In this document: positions 37,001 to 48,300 of the stretch, piece after piece | Layout of the letters: each line of letters starts with the position of its first letter | Numbering within the stretch: position 1 is the stretch's first letter | DNA from: Antedon mediterranea | Taxonomy: Eukaryota > Animalia > Echinodermata | Assembly (NCBI RefSeq): GCF_964355755.1 | Contig: NC_092674.1 | Location: 3,968,001-4,032,000, forward strand | Length of the DNA: 64,000 nucleotides | Reading direction: 5' to 3' | Program-made: the position numbers and the translations under genes | Notes under the pieces: model-generated | The model's database searches: none | Told to the model about the DNA's origin: nothing | Seen by the model: only the letters and a program-made list of their open reading frames with translations

Positions 37001-40000
37001 ACTTTGTCAAACTAGTTTGATAGTGTAGACATAGCTTTACCTTAATGAAATGCAATGAACAATATCAATTTTTATATTGTATTTTATATTGTAAAGATAT
37101 TGATTAAAGATCTAGTAAAAAATACTTACAGTTTGGAAAAGGGAAAACCTGTTCCGGGTTTATCTGTCCACAAAACAAACCCATGGCAAATGATCGGGAT
37201 GCCTACAAAGATAGAATATATTATTAATACAAACAACTAATAATTATTTAAAAATTTGTAATAAAATATGAAAATCATTAGATGGCTAGGCCTAAAGAAC
37301 GTCCATGAGAGGGCATCCACAACGACTTACTTAAGCACTGCATTGTTATGTTACTCTTTTTTTTATCATAATTTACCATAAAACGTACATTAATTTAAGA
37401 CGAGGAATGACCTGGTTTAATGTTGTAATATTTTTAATATTCATTATTTTTACAAAACGTCAATAATTGTAGGGAATGGGTCTTTAAGGTTGATTTCCAC
37501 TTCTCTTGAACACAACACAACGCAAGTCAGTTACCAATCACAAGCAACCGTTAGGATAACCTATTGTGTCATGATTGGTCAAATAGATTACGATGGGCCA
37601 AGTTTTATTTTTACCTTTTGTGTTTTTACATCTTGTGTTTCTGTTTCTACAGCTGTTGCCTTGCTACGATTTTGTTGGGTACTTGCCAATAACGACCTAA
37701 ATAAGGAAAAAAAAATACGAATTTAAATTTAGCCATGTAAATGTTAAGGAAGTAAAAATTACATTGACTTAGTAGTAGTAGTAACACCTTTAGGATTGAA
37801 AGGCAAGGTGTGTTTTAATTTGCATATTTTTGTAATAAGGAAGGAATGGTTTCATATTCCTACAGTATTTAGGACATACCCTACTTACAACTGGATATTA
37901 AATTAGATAAATAAACATTCCTTAAACTATCAGTATCAAGGTAAATATAACATTTCTAAAGTGATTTGACAAAATCACAAACTTATGTAACTTTTTTTTA
38001 ATGATTGTTGCATCCAGTTTTTTTTTTCATCGGTTTTTGTTTACTTTTCTTTTTTAGTTTTTTTTTTTAGTTGGTAATATAACATAACAGACACATTTTT
38101 ACATTAAAACATTTTTTTTTTTCAATTTCCTACGCATCCAACAGCGAGCAAAAACTCGCCAATTACAGGATGGACAAACTATTTTATAATTTACCTTGCG
38201 TATAATTCTCATTTGAGGCTTAGAGAGTGGAGTTCAAAGAGTCATGAGTTACAACTCTGGAACTAGGTCAGGATTGAACCCTAGACCTAGGGATTGAAAG
38301 GCAGGCATGTTAACCACCAAGTTACAGCTCCACTCCATACTTTTGTATGCAATTATGGAATACAGTATTATTATTACTAATACTGTACCAGTATTTCTTA
38401 AGCAACTTATACTGGTCGCAGCATATATTATTTAATACCTTTACAACTACTACTGTAGGTGTACATACTGGTAGGCCAAAGCAACAATTGATAACAAATA
38501 ATGTAATCATCAGTGAATCAGTATTGTAGCAGGTACAACTTTATCTGTATATTTCAGCAAATTTATGCATTTTATGGATAATGGGAAGGTTTGCTTTACC
38601 TCTCTATGGTTTTAATAATAATAAATAGTAAAATTATTATTTATTTATTTAATCTTTCTTTATTCTGAAATACACTTTCAATACAATGTACTGATTTCCA
38701 AAGTGGTTCAGTTCTTAACTACATAAATGTAAACAAAATACAGAATTAATGTTCTTTGCCTGATTTGTTTATATATAAAAGTATCTCTTCGGAGATCCCG
38801 CCTCGTGAATAAAAATACTGTAAGATGAGGGCGTATCAATTTGATCTCTGGTGCGCGTGCGTACAACTGAGGACTAGTGCTGTTCCGCCGTACCACGCCG
38901 AGAATGTTAAAGAGTCGCTATCCAATCGAGTTCGAACAATACCATGAAAGCCCCAGTGGTCTAATGGTTAGGACATCTGCATATCAAGCAGGCGGTCCGA
39001 GTTTGAGTATTGGTTGGGGCGACTTTTTCTCATTCTCACAGATTTCCTCATCTTTATCGTTTCAAATTAATTAATTAAATTTCAGTATATCACCGGGCGG
39101 TTTAGAATTAATGTTCTTTGCCTGATTTGTAAACAAAATACAGTATAAATGGACAAAAGTAAATATAAAATTAAACCTAAAATTATCAAAATCAAATTAA
39201 CACAATTAAAGTAAGCACATTTAAAGGTAAAAACAGAAATAATTGAGATTTTTAAACAAGATAAAAGAAGTTTTAATCATTGAGCATTAATTAATTGAGA
39301 TTTAGTTTTGAATTAAAACTAAAGTTTTGAAATTTGTGATTTGAAAGATACTGTCATATAATCATAAAGCTCATTTTTTATTCATTTTTAATAAAAAGAT
39401 CGTTCAATTTAAATGAAAAAAAAATTCATTTAAATTGTGTAGTGCAATTTAAAAACTTAAAATTGCAGAAAGATCGTTCAATTTAAATGAAAAAAAAATC
39501 ATTTAAATTGTGTAGTGCAATTTAGAACAGTGAATGTATTGATAAATCCAATAAATTATGTAAAACCTGTTTTAATGTAAAAATAATCATATTTATAGAT
39601 AAACTGCAGGTAATATTCTTAAAAGGATTCAAAGAAGAGAGGAGCAAATCCTTGCACATTTAAAGAATGAAAAAATGTGGAAATCGTGCATAATATAATA
39701 ATGAAATAATTCCTCAACAATAATTATCCTCCAATCATAGAATCCTACTAGACTACTAGGCCTAGGGTAGGTAGGCTAGGCAAGTTGAAGTTTAGTTAGT
39801 ATAAAATTCTTTTTTTTTTTAAATTTAATAATATTATTTGTTAAATTTAATTAGGCCTAGGCCTAACTAGGTTAGGCCATGGCTAGAGAAGGTGACAGTC
39901 CAACTGTACCCGGCGGTGGTTTCCGGGGGATATTCTAGCGTCTTCCTCGGTCCAGTCAAGGTAACCAGGTCAGCACACAAGGTCTAACCCCCGGGCTGGA

Positions 40001-40164
40001 TGATCTAGGCCTAGCTGCTGCTTACCACCACCTCCTATCGGCTCAGCATCAGCACAAATATTTGTCTTCAAAACACACCTTATTTTAACTTACCTATGAG
40101 TAATCTGACAGACTGACAATTTCTGTCGACTTATAGAAGCAACTAGTCGACTACACCGCATCAT
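31039..40164 (-). CDS. ACADVL: Very-long-chain acyl-CoA dehydrogenase, mitochondrial (~636 aa, 15 coding exons)
   Basis: Exons 40164-40094, 37696-37615, 37202-37130, 36805-36741, 36081-35947, 35460-35260, 34980-34913, 34542-34319, 34220-34117, 33228-33037, 32764-32702, 32334-32233, 32127-32030, 31901-31683, 31252-31039; phases consistent. Motifs [51 protein letters not shown], plus an Arg/Ser-rich presequence. Closer to ACADVL than ACAD9 by recalled sequence. Confidence 0.93.
32450..32590 (+). mobile_element. tRNA-derived SINE (degenerate)
   Basis: A-box-like AGCTTGGTGGTTA and B-box-like GGTTACAATCC. A related inverted copy lies at about 38210-38335, and other tRNA-SINE heads at about 46945-47070 (+) and 53845-53920 (-). 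Confidence 0.55.
38744..39127 (+). mobile_element. Retro-inserted element with an internal tRNA-like module and terminal direct repeats
   Basis: Flanking direct repeat TGTAAACAAAATACAG (38728-43, 39128-43). Terminal direct repeat AATTAATGTTCTTTGCCTGATT. tRNA-like GCCCCAGTGGTCTAATGGTTAGGAC...TTGGGGCGA at about 38950-39022. Confidence 0.7.
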
Positions 40165-40685
40165 ATTGCTAATTTTTAAGATAAAAACACAAAAACAAAA
40201 CAACACTCTCTGAAAGACACTTCGATAACTAAACCGTTTGTTGACTATGTTTATCTGAATGACCGGCAGATGACGTTTCCGGTCGTTTGTTGATGATGAT
40301 GTCATGCGTGTACGGTAAGCACGTGACAAAACAATACAAAAAAGGTGTTAATTGGCATTTAATTTGATCGGACTTTCATGTGATCAATAATGACTCGAAT
40401 TGACTCGTATAAAAAAATGTGCATTCTTTACATGACTTATTTAAAGAAATTGAATAAGTTTATCCCCAACAACCTGGATGTGGATGTTATTAACAACCCT
40501 ATGAGTTGTGAGATTACATTTATCCAATGAGATCATTAGATTATATAGTAGCACTCACTGATTGGTGTAAATAATATTGCCTTAACACGTTTCAGAAAAA
40601 TACAGAATTTCCTAAACACACCAAACACGGAAGTATGGCGGAAAGTTAAAAAAGATTTTCAAGTTGATTTGAAGCTACAATAAAG
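40165..40685. promoter_or_regulatory. Putative bidirectional promoter ACADVL / INPPL1-like
   Basis: Divergent genes. Motifs: ETS (TTCCGG about 40277, CGGAAGT about 40628), E-box CACGTGAC (about 40320), half-CRE TGACG, CCAAT/ATTGG (about 40525, 40561), YY1-like ATGGCGG (40635). Probable non-coding exon donor AAG|GTGTAG at 40685. Confidence 0.55.
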
Positions 40686-42368
40686 GTGTAGTATTTCTTA
40701 TTTATGATCTTTGATAATTGTATTTAATTATAAATGTATTGTTTCTATTCATAAAGTATGCCATTAAATGTTACCATTGCTAGGCTGCTTCGATGTTTAT
40801 TTCCTGTTCTGTAGACCATATCCAGCCTGACTCGTTGGGTGTATTAGGCCAGCAAGAAACAACAAGCCAGTCTACCCCAGCTTAGCCTCTGTTTACCATT
40901 TTGCACATAAAACAAATCACTTGCTCTCTCATCTTTGTACTTCAAAGAAAGAAATATTTATATATTAAAGGGTGGCCGGTTATTTAAAACAATTTGATAT
41001 TTATCCCTGAACTGACTGGCTGCTATTTTTAGAAGATTGAATATGAACTGAAAAAATTGAAATGGGTGATAATATTTAAACTATTATTATTTGTAGAAAC
41101 TGCATTTTGAAATTTACAGTCAATATTACATAAATAAATTCTGTACTTTTTCGTATTCTGTTAAAAAATATAAAAAATGCACAATTATTAAATATATTTT
41201 ATTTAGTTCAACGTGTTTTTTTCACATTCAAATATTTAAACTATCTTTTTCCGGAAAGTCAGTGCATTTTTTTTGTACATACTGTAGGAAATAATTTTGA
41301 CCTATTGAACCGTAATAAAAGTCTGGTATTTCCGGTGTTCAAAGAATCATTAATTTTTATGATTCAATAGTGTTCATGTGCCTACAGTATTTATATTAAC
41401 AATTTCTTTGGTACTTATATTCATTGTACCATAACTGATTGATATTATTGAGTGCAGAAATAATTAAAAAATGCAACTTTTTTGTAATTAATTTTTTCCG
41501 CAAGTTCATAATTTATAAAAAAGCAGATTTATTTATTATTTGGGGGAGGCATAAACAAATAGATACTTCTAGATAAGAGAAATCAGGCCTTGTCACTCAC
41601 CTAACACACCCCTAAACTGTCCTTGAGGAGTGCGATTTACAACATGCTTAAATTTAGTAACCTTCTACACACCAACATACAAATGGCACACCTACAGCTC
41701 CCCTTAATGTATTGAGGAGTGCAATTTGTAGCACACCTATAATTTTCAAAAGACAAGGCTGAATTTTTCTACATACTGTATAGAAATGTGTTGTAATCAA
41801 ATTTGAATTTTAGTGTATAATATATGCATGTGGCAAGACGTTTATTAGAGAAAATAAATATATCTGTATCTATCTGCGGTTTAAATTTTTTAAAGATCCG
41901 TCTTTTAGTTTTGACGTTATTCTTCTAAAACAAACAAACACAAAATCGTAATTGTTAGGTAATAATAATTCTGTTATGCTTAAAAACCTCTAGGCGCTTC
42001 ACTTTATTCAGATCATTGGATCAAACACCTAAGCATAACTGTCATGTTGCAGCTAGTAATCAGCATATTTCTATAGCCGAGCTACACTATCAAACTTTAT
42101 GTGTCAAAAAATGTAATGTGCCCATATATGGACATGATGATGTCATATCACTACCATATTTAAGCATAGCACTTTTATTATACTGTATATACTGTAGGCA
42201 CATCACCTTTTTGTTACACATAAAGTTTGATAGTGTAGGCAAGCCTTAAAACTGATCAATTTTCATCACTCCTTTGATTCTCTAATGTTTTTTTTTAATT
42301 GTTATAAACAAAATGATTATTCATTTTTCAATTTATAATGATTCAACTTGATAGAAACCAATGACGTG

Positions 42369-45300
42369 ATGGCGCACAGTAAAGGTGTACAGGGATGTAA
42401 ATGGTACCATGGTGCCATCGGTAGGATGGAGGCTGAAAATCTGCTGATTGAAGACTCTAGAAATGGAAGTTTTCTTGTTCGAGATAGTGAAAATATTAAA
42501 GGTGCCTTTGCCTTATCGGTGCTGTAAGTCCAACTACCAATATTTAATTTGTAAAAAGATTGTTATTATGACTATAATGATTTATAAGTGTAAAATACAG
42601 GGCTGTAGCCACCAGTATGGTAGTCATTATTAATCTATGATATAATATTTCTACTACCTGTACCGCTCTTTCAGATATAATCAGCGAATTTCACAGTACC
42701 GAATTATACCTGCACCAGAAGGTCCAGGATTTTTAATGAAGGTGAGTTTAGTTTAGTTTAGTTTAGTTTAGTTTAGTTATAATGGGAAAGTTTAGGCGAT
42801 GTGCCTTTTTAAACCCCATATCAACTACATTGTGTCGATGCGATTCTTGAAGGTATTAGCGGTCTCAGAATTGACAACGTCGGCTGGTAAACTGTTCCAA
42901 TGGTTAATTACTCGTTGCGAGAAGGTATGTCTTCTACAGTTCAATCCTTTATGGAAAGTCGGCTTGAAAAATCTCAGGTGATGCCCTCGAGTAATTCTGC
43001 TAATGTTACTTCTCATTTGGAAAAAGTCATCCTTGGCTACACCCTCGAAACCTTTAACAATTTTATATGCTTCAATCAGGTCACCTCGAATTCTTCTGTC
43101 ATACAAGTGTTTATTGTCTGAAGCTCTGTCTACATCATCAAACTAGTTTGACAAAAAAACTGTGCCCAAATATGATAGTGATATGCCCAAATATGGTAGT
43201 GATATGACATCATCATATGGGCACATCATATTTTTTTTTCACATAAGGTTTGATAATGTAGACAGAGCTTAGCTGACCCTGAGTTTCATACCTCTAAATT
43301 ACTGAAATTAATAATCATTTAAAGGCATGAACCACCTCTTCTTCACTTCTGTAAACAACAAGTTTAAATTTAAAAACATGGGGCTATGCCAATATATTTC
43401 AAATCAAACTGGTCGCTTTTTAAAATAATTATAATATGGGACAGGAAAAAGTGATAGAATGGAAAGGATTCTGTCAGGATTGAACTCTTATCAAAAGGAT
43501 ACTGTATGGTGACACATCATATAGTAGTAGATTGCAACACACTCCACAACAAGTATGTGAAAGTCTATTTAATTATTCCTTTTCTTAATTCATACATGCA
43601 TTTAATGTTGATTTGCAGTCTTCTGAAGGAATAAAGCAACACAGATTTTCCAACCTGGTGGAGTTGATAAACAGTTACAAAATAGCAACAAATGGTCTTG
43701 TATGCACTTTGAAGTATCCAGTAGAGGCTACAAATCTACCAGAAGAAGATACAGACTCAGGTTACTAATTAAGCCTTTCAAAATGGTTATGCTCTCCGAG
43801 CCTGACTAAAAATCTAGGCTCGCCCCTTTTTCATTGCATAAAATAAAGAAAATTGCTAATCAACTACATGCCTAGACTGAAATCTCTCTTGGTTTTTGAA
43901 TTACATGCATGAGTAATTTGTCTATTGCACCTTTTATATTTATTTCAAATTCTCATATTTATGTCATTTATTTATTTCAACAATATTTTATGATCCATCC
44001 AGCTGAAACAGATCATTAGGGACCCTCACAAAAATACAATATGACACGACATCAACATGCAAAAATTAAATTAAAATAAATAGAATTTATAAAGAAAACC
44101 AAAATAAAATAATGCACAAAATAATTAGAATCAAATAAAAACAAAGAATTAACACAAAATCGATCCTGTAAATTTTTTTATCACAAAGGTCTTTCTCAAC
44201 CCTCACCCCTCATAATTTAAATGTCTGGTTACTTTTTTAGACGATGACGAAGACTGTGATTACGATCATCTTGATCATGTGAGCCAGTTTTTAGAATCAA
44301 AGATCGAACACTTATACCATGTTGGGATTGAAAGTGAATTCTTGCAAGCTCTACGAAACTATGCAGTGCGCGACAGTAAACTGGACGCTGAATCTCTGAG
44401 GTCGGGCAACAGCTCATCATTACCGCAACTCAAACAGTTATTGCACACAACCAGTAAAGATTTTGTCAAGTGGGTTGTTTTCTTTAACTTGCGCATGTTA
44501 TTTTACTTTTAACTACCAAATAACTAATAGATATCATTGACAATAGGAGTCAATAAAGAATGACAAAAATATTTAAACATCTATTTAATGTTATTTGAGA
44601 TTGTTATTGTTAATTTGTCAAGCCTGTAGTTATTGACATTTTTTATATTAGTCAATTTTTGTCTAAAAATACAGACTTGTAATATACATATAGAAATCGA
44701 TTTGCAGACCGCAAACATCAAAATAATCAAATAGTGTAGGTTATCATACCATATTTGGATATGGATAATAATAACAAATTTAACTGTATTATAACTATGT
44801 TTTTGTACAGGGAACTTGATATCTTTCTTTTCAAAATCGATTTATTAAAAAGAATTTTCAATCGGAATAAAGACCTAGACAGGAATTTTGGAATGCACAC
44901 TGTAAGTAAAATTGGTTACAGTATTCAATAATTAATTTGTTTAATTACACCATTTTTGTACTAACTTCACAAAAAAAATCAACACTACTAATAACTAGAT
45001 TGACTATATAACAATAACATATTATAGTTAACTCTCCCAGTGCCTGACACCTTTGAGCTGGTTTTCCAAGCAGTCTGGTATTCGTAATGTTTTTAATCGT
45101 ATAGAAATGAATTTGGGTCACTTTGGACTTCAAGAAAAGTCTGGTTTTGGGATAGTTTCTGGTTTTCAGAGAGTCTGGTATTGGGAGAGTCAACTGTATG
45201 CTGTTTCCACCAGCTGTATACTTTTATTTTTTTTTCTGTACAGTTTAAGAAAACCGGAGACAGTATGGAACATTTGATGTCAAGAATTGAGATGTGTCCA

Positions 45301-48300
45301 AAAGTCTATCAAGAAATGCAATCAAAGGTTTGGATTGTTTAAAACTTTATATTTTTTCACTGACATACATTGGAAACAGTTGAGTGGGATGTGCCCAAAT
45401 ATGGTAGTGATATGCTTAAATAGGGTAATGATATGACATCATCATGTCCCTAAATGGGCACATCATGTCCCTATATGGGCACATCACATTTTTTGATAGT
45501 GTCAATAGATAGAGCTTTACCATGACAATAAGCCATCTAAACATAACTATCATTATTATATTGAGACAAATTTAACTACTGAACTGTTTGTACTACTGCA
45601 GTACTAATACTGCAGTTTACAGTCATATCCAGAAATTTTAAATAATAATTATTATGGTCTTGCCAGGCCAGTAAAACTTTTCAGAATTTGGTTAAACTTG
45701 ATGATCAGCATGAGACAAATAATGAAATAGAAATGGACCATGTATACATGCCCTCACCAGATGATGTCATACTTACTGGAAGTCAACCGACCAATACCAT
45801 GTCCGAAAGGTCAACGCTGCCAGAATCAAAGCCTTTTAAAAGTGCAGCTGTTTTACGCATCCCATGTGCTGTGTTTGAGGTAATTACTATACATAAATGA
45901 ATTTGTTTCAGATGTTTAAACTGACCTCCATTGAGTGAAAATAAAGTACAAAAATAATATAGGGCTACGAATATAATCCCAAACTCAGTTGTAATAATAG
46001 GATATTTAAATTTCAGGTGAAAACTGAAGGATTAAAAATGGAAGCACTGATGAACTGCCGGGTGAAGCTAACGATTGACGTGGATCAAGGCATGTTTATC
46101 GTACAAAGACTTGGAATCAAGGAAGCCAAAGAACCAAGTGTCCATCCACAAAATAAAAGTAATTGCTTTATTTATTAGTTTTAAACACACTGTTTAACAC
46201 CAGGTTGAGCAATACAGTCTATACTCAATTTTCCTATTCATTGTAACCTTTACAAAATTAAGAGGAACTCTTTATAGAAAGATTTTTTAAATAATATGAC
46301 TTTACAGTATAAGACGTTTTGTTGTTGTTCATTATAGTTGTGCAGTTGATAAAGTCAAGAGAAAATCCTACAAGAATAGGGATACGGTATAATAACAATA
46401 AAAAAAGAGAATACAGTTTTGATACAGCAAAGGTAAGTAGCAAAGGGGTCTATGTACTATTATATTCTTTAGCATGTAAACATAAACATTAAAGATATAT
46501 GGCATATATTGACTTATTTAAAGAAAAACATGAAAAATGAAGATTAATAAAATCAATCACTTCTGTAGAAAAAAAAACCAACAAAAATAATTATTTCACT
46601 TCATTTCACGGTTAATTTAAACCAAAAACCATTGTCTGACAGACAATTTTAAGTATTTTTGCTTTAAATTACATTGTTTTTAAAAAGGTAAATCCTTTTT
46701 TTTTGCTCCAGATTTTTGTCTAAGTGAATAACTATTATGTGACATTAAAATGGCATTTTCAACAAAAACAAAAACATTTTTAGGGGGACAATATATCTTT
46801 AAAGCTACACTACACTATCAAACTAGTTCGACAAGGAAAGTGTGATGTGCCCAAATATGGTAGTGATATGACATAATTGTGTCCATATATGGGAACATTA
46901 CTTTCATACATTAAGTTTTATAGTGTAGACAGCTTTAAATCAATAAGTGTGTGGCCGAGCAGTTAAGACAATGAAACTGCAATACAGCCCTGGTATCAGG
47001 TCCAAGGCTCACTCGCTCCTTGTTTCTAGTGGTAGATGGATAAGGACTAAAATTGTAGTTCCAGTGTATGTTGTGTGCGCTAAGAATTTAGTAATTTTCA
47101 AATATGCCAATAGTGTCGTTTGCAGTTTGTAATTCCGTTTGATTTTTTTCTTTCTTTCTCTAGTTTAATTCTTATTTTTGCAGGAAAGAGAGAGATTTTG
47201 TTTGCTGATGCAAACAATGAAGAATATTCACTCACATAGTGAAGAAGTTGACCAGATTTCATTGTTCGTTGGAACTTACAATATGGGTAATTTCATTACT
47301 AAATTTACCAGGCACGGATTTAGACAGTGGGTAAACCGGCTTTAGCCCCCTAAAATTTAACAGCCATTTAAAAATAAAATAATGAATATTTTTATTTTTC
47401 TGCAACACGATGGATTGTTTTTATCATTTATGAAATATTTAGGCCCCCTCCCCCTAATCTATAATGCTGGATCCACCTCTGTATACCAATACTTTATTTG
47501 ATAGTTTATTAGTTTTATGAATAATAAAATAATATAGTACTAACCTGAAAGTTGCTCCTAGTTGTGAGTGCCGTTCTAGCTGAGGAACCTTTTAATGCTC
47601 ATCTATCCATTAAACTTGGTTAGAATTGCAAGTATTGGTTTTTAGACAAATTTCATTTATGTTATCAGGTGATGCTGTGCCAACGGCCATGTTGGATACA
47701 TGGTTAACTTCACAGGGTATTGGAAAGACGCGCCCTATTGAAATGGCAATGGTACCTCACGACCTTTACGTAATCGGAACACAAGAAAGCACACTGAGTG
47801 AGCGCGACTGGGTCAAACGAATCAAGTCAACCATCATGAAAAACTCTCCTGCCAAACAAGAATATGCTGTGGTTTGTAGCAGCCTGTTTGTAGGATCAAT
47901 ATGATCAAATCAAAACAACACTTTATAAAACAAATACTTTCCCATAAAGAAATTAAGTTGGTTAACCCACACTCTGAAATTATAAATGAATTTTACCACC
48001 CAGCAACTCTAATAAGATTTGGCAAAAGTCTCTAATTTAAAAAAAAAAAACAACTTAACTTAAGTATATTTATGACACGCTGTGTGTGCCAAAATTTTCC
48101 TTTACAGATATTAAGCTGAATTGCTGTTAGAACCAAAACTACTCCTTCAATAATATTTAGTATTACTGTGACAAAATGATGATTTTGTTGTTTTTTTTAG
48201 GTGACACTGTGCTCATTGTGGGGAATACGTATGGCAGTTTTAGTTAAACCTGAACTAGTTAATTCAATAACGCATGTCAAGGAGTCATCAGTCAAAACAG

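Noticed and set aside
38950-39022. Functional tRNA gene
   Set aside because: Degenerate T-arm/B-box (AGTTTGAGTATT), and it is embedded in a TSD-flanked repeat.
39395-39525. ~71-bp tandem duplication in ACADVL intron 1
   Set aside because: An ordinary local duplication with no further structure.
45041-45277. Open frame as a SHIP exon
   Set aside because: It coincides with a TA-flanked MITE, and the gene is in phase without it.
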